Assembly: GCA_964019425.1 (NCBI GenBank)
Contig: OZ025797.1
Location: 930,001 to 994,000, forward strand
DNA: 64,000 nt
Direction of reading: 5' to 3'
Origin: Flectonema sp. DT1601
Lineage: Eukaryota
Shown: positions 56,801-64,000 of the stretch, piece after piece
Layout of the letters: every line of letters begins with the position of its first letter
Position numbering within the stretch: the stretch's first letter is position 1
Translations under genes and position numbers: made by a program
Notes under the pieces: generated by a model
Told to the model about the DNA's origin: nothing
Databases searched by the model: none
Seen by the model: the letters and a program-made list of their open reading frames with translations, nothing else

Positions 56801-59800
56801 AACGACTTGTGGTGGTGGCTGTTCTTCTTGTTCTTCAGGTATAACCGGTCGTGGTGGAGGTGGTGGTGGAGATGGAGGAGTAGTAGCTGCAGGTTCAACT
56901 GCTTCAACCTGACGTATCTTCTGCTTCTTACGTTTTACTTTTTTAACTTGAATTGGAGGACTACCAGCACTTTCCGCATCAGACTCTACGTGATCTCTAA
57001 GTGAAGGTCTGGCTTCCATTTTAACGTAAGCCTTGCTGTCAGCAACTGTTCTTCGAAGTTTATCAATCGCCGCATGTGTATTGAAATCTCGTTCTTCTAC
57101 TTTTTGTTGTATTTTTTGCATTAGCAAAGCCTGTTTGAAAGTTACTCTTTCCTTTTCCTTGTTCAGCTGTTCGATTTTTGACATATCTTCACTGGTCCAG
57201 TCTGCTAACTCTTCGATCTTTTCAACCAATTCCTGATAAGACACCAGCTCTGATTCTGACACTTTTAGTTTGTCCTGAAGGCTGGTTACAACTCGCTTAT
57301 GAGATTCAATCCATTGAGTCTGATTTGTTAGTAATTTGGCCATTTTAAAGGCCCTCACATCACTCTCTTCGATATCCTTTTTAAAGGCTTGCATAAATTT
57401 GTCTTTTTCCCTGTCAACTAAGTCTTTTCTGATGTTTACTTCGGTTTCTTGTCTGCGTGCGAGTCTGGCTTTGTCTTCTTCTTGGATTTGGTGAAGAAGC
57501 TCACGTTCGATTTGAATGTGAGTGTGTTTAATCATCTGAGATTCAATGCCTCCGTCATCTATCCCGACAGAGTGTGTGTGTCTCATATCTTGAGCGTACG
57601 CTTGTAGAGAAGCTGTTTTCTGACGATTTTCAAGAAGCTCGTCACGTAATGCTCGTATTCTGTTTCTCAGTTTTTGTTCAACAACGTGATGTCGTCTTGA
57701 GCTGTAGTTTAATTTATCATTAACGAGTTTAAGAAGTTGTTCTTGAATCTTTACTTTAGCGTATTTTATATCATTAATAACAATGGATGGATCAGGTGTA
57801 TCAGAACCTGTATCTGAATCTGATTCATTTACAACAGGTCCAGTAAGAGATATTTTGATACCACCACTAGGAACAGCCTCATCATAAACTTCAGTTAGTT
57901 CTTGAGGCTCAGGAGGATCTAATGGTTGAGTTGTAGTTGGGAGTTTGCTCTCAAATTCTGAAGTTAGTTTATAATCTATTGACGTAATGTCTGCTGTTGG
58001 AAGTGAGGGGTTTTGTTCTTGTGGTTGACTCGGTAAATTATTAACCCAACGGTTGAATGTTTCTCGTTCTTCGTGAGGTTTACTTCTCTTTAAATAATCA
58101 ATTAGTATTTCTTCTAATTCAGATGAGTTTGAAAACTCTCCAGGGGTGTCGCTGATTCTGAGATCGCATTCATTCTTCTGAATGACACGACCAGACACAA
58201 TAAGTGAGTCACTCGTAAGACTTGGATCTGCAGGTGAACTCTCCCTACGAATTTGTGAAACATTAAGAACAGAATAGTGGTTGACAATTTGTCTTATTTT
58301 GGTTGCAGTCACAGACGCCTGTTGTTCCTCAAGTTGTCGAGAAAGGACACCACCAGCGCTATCATTTCCAAATATAACTCGAAGTTGATCAAATGTTGAT
58401 TCATTAGGTGATTGGGTAACAACACACGAAATTAAAGACATTAAAAACCTTTTAAAAGATAAGTAACGTATCCCATTTAATATAAAATGGTGAGCATCAA
58501 ACCAAGGCTCTGAACTCTTTTTTGAAGATACCTTCGCAACAGAACTGTGTGTATCAGGCTCATCAGTTTGATGTTTTGTTTCGACGATTTGATACTCACT
58601 CTTGAAAGCAATCCATCTCTCTCTCGACATGTATTTATCATTCTTGTAGTCAGCTCTTGAGCAAGATTCTAGATAAACAGCTAGAAGTTTTGCTTGAATT
58701 TCGACTAAGTGGAATTCTTCTTTCGTCCTCGCAAATGTAAACACCGGTCCTGAAATAAACTGAATACCATCATTGGATACAGAAATCCCAACTTTTCTTG
58801 TAAAAGTTATTTGTGCATAATAGACTTCATCCCTTCTCATTATCGAACATCTGATGTCTTCAGCTGCCATTTCTGGAACGGTTACCTTAGCGATATCATT
58901 ACGAGCAGCTGGTGCTGCAGCTACTACTTGTCCAAATTTAACGAATATACCTGATTGATTTATTATTGAGTTGTGTGTGTTAACCTCGTAAATTATTGAG
59001 AATATTGTTTTTGTACAAACCTTTTTTCTTATTAAAATTCCTACCAGTTATCGTTATTTGGTATCCTCCGTTTGGATCTCCTCCAGTCGGATCGATGGAT
59101 AAAACCGTCGGAGGTTTTGACGTGCTAGTGCTGACATCATTATCCAATGAGCAACCAATCTCTTTTAAGTAAAGAGGTTTAAATTGATTTACAAACAGAG
59201 CAAACCTCGAAGCAACAGTTGGATGTGTTTGTGATAATGGAGGACTACCATAAGCAAGAAAAGCTGATTTTACTAATATTTCAATGAAGCTTTCGAAATC
59301 AATTAAAAGATCACCCGAATCAGTTGTCCTCGAGAATTCATACATAACTTTATAAACAACAGCATGATTTAATAAGTTTGGTGTAACAGACGATTTACTT
59401 AGTATCATCATAATCGAATCAAATGTTAACAAAGCACTACCAACTTCTAAGTAGTGGCTGTCGTTAAATTTCAATCCTCTCTGTTTAGCAGCAAAGCAGA
59501 TAAACAGTTTCCGTAACGGTGATGCGTATCTGTTTTTTTGCTTTTTTTTTTTTTTGTTGTTGTCGTTGTTCCCTTTACTTTGTAACAATCCATATACATA
59601 CCTCGTAAGAACCTTATCAACGTTTATGATAGTGTGAAGAGGATAGTGAAGAGCAAGATCACCTTCACTTGTAAGAGAGACTTCACGAACGAAGTCAGCG
59701 AGGTAATCATCGTACAAATGTTGTACTGCGGCAGCAGGATTTGATTGAAGTTCTCGGATGTCTGTCGACTTTGATAGAAGAGAAAGTCTCAGAATGCAAT

Positions 59801-60485
59801 TAGCAAAGTCAGTGAATGTTAAGTTTTCATTTCCCCCAGCTGACAGTAAGAACAGCTGACTAGTTTCTCGATACGAAAGTTGTAAGGTGGGTTTTGTTTG
59901 CAACAGAGGCATTTTATCAGAAGTAGACTCATCCTTTGTAAAGGGACCTAAAGAGAGTCGTCTACGTCGGTAGCTGTTATCAATACTGGAATTCTTCTCA
60001 CGTTGGAGAGCTTCGGAAAGGTTCTTTAAGATAGAACGTTTGTTTGTGGGTTGAGATTTTTTAGTATTTTTACGATGTTTATTTCTACAGATCTGGTTGT
60101 AATGTGCCATTTGATCAGCTTCCCTCCTTCGTATTTCTGAAGGAGAGGGTGGCTCACTGCCTTCAGACCCTCCAGACTGCACTTCGTCATCCGAATTAGA
60201 AGCAGTCGGGGGGTAGGAGGACTGGTTTTCTGTTTCAGGAGAACACATACCAATCCCTTTTAAAAACTCATAAAAATCTTCAAATATGACGACCTCTCCA
60301 CCTCCACCTGCCGTTGTGTGAGCCGACGCAATTCGAAACAACTTCACAATGATATCGCGGCATTTTAACATGCCTAAGACAGATGCTGTTACTTCTTTAA
60401 AATATTCAGGATCACATCCTCTTATCAGCGTCTCCATTGGTTTGCCTGTTTTTACCGACGCTGTGGGTGCAGTGCCGGGTGGCAT
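53876..60485 (-). CDS. ~2180-aa protein: helical EF-hand-like N-terminus, IPT/TIG domain, long coiled coils, two LysM-like domains; 2 exons: 60485-59021, 58950-53876
   Basis: Intron 59020-58951 (GTTTGT...AATCAG) joins both ORFs in frame and completes an IPT motif (PTVLSIDPTGG...GGYQITITGRNF...IFVKFG...VTVP). LysM-like YVTEDGDTIPSLCERFSVTQQQLFDAN and HLIAEGESLQQLADLYSIQNSDLIAAN. Confidence 0.82.
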
Positions 60486-63400
60486 TTTTGTTGCACCCTC
60501 CCCAACTGAGCAAAGAACGAGAAGAAGAAAATCGAAATGCTATCTTCAATATTGTCCCTAAAATCGTTAATTGCGAGGGGTAGTAACCTGTTGGAAAAGT
60601 TATTTTTTTCAACACTACGGGTTAAATTAAACGTTCACCATATTTCTATTCAAGGCAAAAACAGATACAAATAACGTCGGATAAAGGGACTAAGGCGGGG
60701 AGGGTAATGGGAAAATCTTCTTAATCCACCTGTGGAGTAACAGAGTCTTGTTTTTTAGGATGGGTTTTTTGTTTTTTTGTTTTTTATCTTGTGATTTGAT
60801 TTATGTTATGTAATTCACCTTTTTTTTTTTTTTTTTTTTGCTGTTTTTTTTTTATTTTTTTAAAGATTGATTCTCAGGCATATTTCAGGTTGGGATGAAA
60901 AAAAAAAAAAAAAAAAAAAAGAAGAGAAGGAGAAAAAAAAAAAAAAAAAACAAGTAATACAACAAAGACTTTTAGCAACATCATTTTGCTTCTTCAGAAG
61001 AATACAAATCAAATGAGCACAAAAACTATTAAATAACGGCTCTTTATCTGAATAGTTTCTTCTCCGACTTAATCGGTGCAACAAAAAATAGAAGAGAGAC
61101 GAATATAATAGAAAGCGAAACTACGAATACAAAAACCTCAACTGAAAGATACCTAACAGAATAGCCAGCTGCTTGAAATGCTTGGTTGTTGTTTTTTTTT
61201 TTTTCTTTTTTTTTTTTTTTTTCCCCTCTACCTGTAGTCAAAGTGACTTCGCATGCGTATTTACCTTGTGGTTTAATTTTAAAAAAAAACGCGGTAGAAA
61301 AATAGGGCAGCTAGAACGAAGACACCAACCGATGCTTTAAGGAAAAATACCTCCCTCCCGTAGTATATACGACTACTAAATACAACAATAAGTTATTTTG
61401 TGAACGTTAGTACTAACGGTTATCAGTCAATCAAAAAAATCAAATGCAAAATTTCGTAGGACAATAAACAAATAATAGTTGGTTTTGGACTAAAATTGAT
61501 TAGTCTTTCTTCAGACTATTCCCCTTACCCAGCCCTCTTCAGCGAAGAACGCAAGGGGGGGAGGCACTGCGGTGTCAGGCCTGTCCTACTCATCGCGTTT
61601 GACCTTCTCAGTAAAGGGACTACGTTAACATGGTTATTTATTTTACCATTTAACACAGTCCTCCTATATAAATATCATTGAACGCGGGAAACCAACTAAT
61701 GAGCTGAGTTATGTTTATGGGGGGATGAATAATAAAAAAAACAAAAACGTTTCCACTCACACTCAGACGGTATTCTATAGATGTGTCCGAGTCTCATGGC
61801 ACCGCCAGATGTACGAAAGTTAGTTACTGTGATAGGTAACTCACAGCAACAGAGGACCCAATCTGGAACCACCGTAAAATAACATAACTCGGACTTGTAA
61901 CAGTAATTTTACCGAAGCCTTGTACAAGAAGAACAACAAAAAAAAAAAAATTAGGAAACTAGGGGGGTGATAGTTTAACAATGTAGAAACAGTTGAGAAA
62001 ACCAAGAAGGGGGAGTTATTTATATTGGGGGGGGTAATTTGATACTTTTCTGAGATCTTACACACTGAAAGGAAACCTAAAAGAACTGGTCCTAAACATA
62101 ATTGAGCAACTCTTGCTTAAATTACCTTAATAATCATTAACAACTCGTGAGTATACAAATTAGAAATTAAAACTTGTCTGAAGGTGTTTGAATCCCTCTA
62201 AATGGTTTTGTAAATAGTCATCCGGTTGGGAAGCAGGCTATGACAATATAAAAACAAAAGAAAAGGTTTCCGAATCGAGCAAGCATCTAACTAGGTAATG
62301 AGCATTTACTTCACTAAAATAAAAAAGAAAGTTGTAGCCCGCATTTACGGTTAAAGGACGTCATTCACTCTCTACGAAAAGAAGGAAAACGAAGCACCCA
62401 AAAACAACGTTCGTATTTTCAGAAGGCTACAACTGTAGCCGATAGTATCTCCACAACACTTTCGACATCCATCCAGCTTTTGGTGTTATGCACGTGTTTC
62501 TTCGGTTAGAGTAATCAGATTACTGTAGATACAAGGAGGGGATGGGGAGGCCAAAGCTGTTTTTTTTTTTTTTTTTCCCAAATAAATTACAACGAAACTA
62601 ACAAAAATAACAGGAGAATTGATGGAGGGAAAGACAATACAAGAAGAGAAAAAAAGAAAAAAAGATTAAACTAAAATTAAAATTTAAAAAAAAAAAAATG
62701 AACATGATTTTAACATTAAGGTCTGCTTAGTTTGTGAAGACATCAGAGCAACTACCCCGATTGCCAAATGCACTAACGCTTGGGAGAAATACATTTTATT
62801 GTTTATTGTGTGTCTCGCATAAATAGACAAGACACTAACAATTCCTATGTAAAAAGGTCTAAGTGTACCACTGCAATGAATGGCTCCGCAACCAGAATGA
62901 ATACATGAGGACGAGACACATAACAACATAAAACGAATTCATTAAAAAAAAAAGAAAATAGATAATCCCCTTACAGCTACTTCACCATTCAAGCATCAGC
63001 CTCCGCAAATGCAAATACTCTGAAAAGGTGTCAACTCCGAACAAGGACGAGAATACGTAACTAGGCAAATTATGACTCACTATTATTTATATGTAAATCA
63101 GAAAAGCTTCTCATTCTTATTATTTAAGAGAAAAATAAATTTTCAGGTAACTCGGAGGAAATTCACCAGAAATGACACGAAGCCAACACAAATGATAAAC
63201 AAGAATTTCAACGGAAGCAGGAAAGAAGAGATAAATTTATAACACTATTTACACCAGCCTTATTGATACATTTTTCATAGTATTTTTTTAACTTTAAAAA
63301 AAAAAAGAATTGCTGTCTTAAGGAGAAGAAGAAAAGAGATTTTGAGGGAAATAAAAACAAAGACTTCCAGATGCAAGGAATCGCATGCTCATTGCGAAAG

Positions 63401-64000
63401 GTATGATTCACGACAAAAGGAATATTCCGTTGAAACAGCTCGAAGGGCTGATACACTCAAGCTTGAGACTTGATCCCCAACGACAAGTAGCACTTCTCCC
63501 AACATACATACATGCGTTGATCAACAGTTTACAAATTTTTTTTATTATTATTTTTTTTTTTTTTTTTTGTTAAATATTTTTTCAATAAATAAATTTGAAA
63601 AAAAAAAAAAATAATAATAATAATAATAATAAGTTCTGTCGCTCCTTTTCGTGATCTCAACATATTTTGAGACTGCGACTTACCATAATTTCACCTGACA
63701 TTACTTCTCTCGTTCGAATTATTTAAAACACAGACGTGAGTATATACATTATAAACACGAGTTGAAGTAATCGACAGGATGTATCTTAGTGCGATCATTC
63801 TCTCTTCTTCCTTTTTCTTTTTTTCCAGTAAACCCACATAAACTGAAAAGCTTAAAAGAAATCAAAAAAAAAACAAGGAAATAGTGATCAGGCAGACAGT
63901 TCATCCAAGCCTTAACAGTGCTTCAACATTTTATTACACCACAATAATTTTATATATAAAAACGGTCATTTAAGACCGTTTTCGAGAAAAGAGAGAAAAT

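Noticed and set aside
2115..57236. Plus-strand ORFs overlapping the real genes (e.g. 2462..2752, 10557..10883, 24191..24577, 55572..55889)
   Set aside because: Antisense shadows of minus-strand CDSs with no independent coding signal.
61536..61556. GCGAAGAACGCA resembling the 5.8S rRNA motif GATGAAGAACGCAGC
   Set aside because: The match is too short and the flanks show no 5.8S similarity.
62684..62929. 81-aa ATG-initiated minus-strand ORF
   Set aside because: No recognisable domain, it ends in a U-run, and no supporting splice sites were found. It cannot be excluded but is unsupported.
226..63573. Dozens of short ORFs rich in poly-Lys or poly-Phe
   Set aside because: They are translations of A/T homopolymer runs in intergenic or UTR DNA, often with non-ATG starts and no domain features.

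Overview
AT-rich eukaryotic nuclear DNA, most likely from a euglenozoan protist, probably a diplonemid. The taxon is inferred from a BILBO1-like gene, a PSP1-C gene, receptor-type pseudo-cyclases, uniform gene orientation and short cis-introns. I find 17 protein-coding genes, all on the minus strand, which suggests a directional, probably polycistronic and trans-spliced cluster. Manual splicing of 11 short (64-110 nt) GT-AG introns joins several separately listed ORFs into single genes. Genes in order: poly-Q/Cys-His zinc-finger protein, SLC38A9-like transporter, D/D-domain protein with 4 SH3-like repeats, Ser/Pro-rich protein, sulfatase, UBA5, histidine phosphatase, ubiquitin-like-domain protein, VPS2/CHMP2, BILBO1-like protein, receptor cyclase-like protein, GH18 chitobiase, C2H2 protein, Zn-finger/RRM/TM protein, NIT-like receptor cyclase-like protein, PSP1-C protein, and a ~2180-aa IPT/coiled-coil/LysM protein. 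The long gene-free stretches hold a nearly perfect 306-bp tandem array, a (TAAA)n-tailed SINE-like element in two near-identical copies, many co-oriented dispersed repeats, an orphan LSU rRNA 5'-end fragment and several hairpins. The most notable patterns are (i) cis-intron acceptors preceded by A/C-rich tracts while putative trans-splice acceptors have pyrimidine tracts, and (ii) two receptor cyclase-like proteins with the same loss of catalytic residues. All homology calls come from motif recognition by eye; no searches were run.
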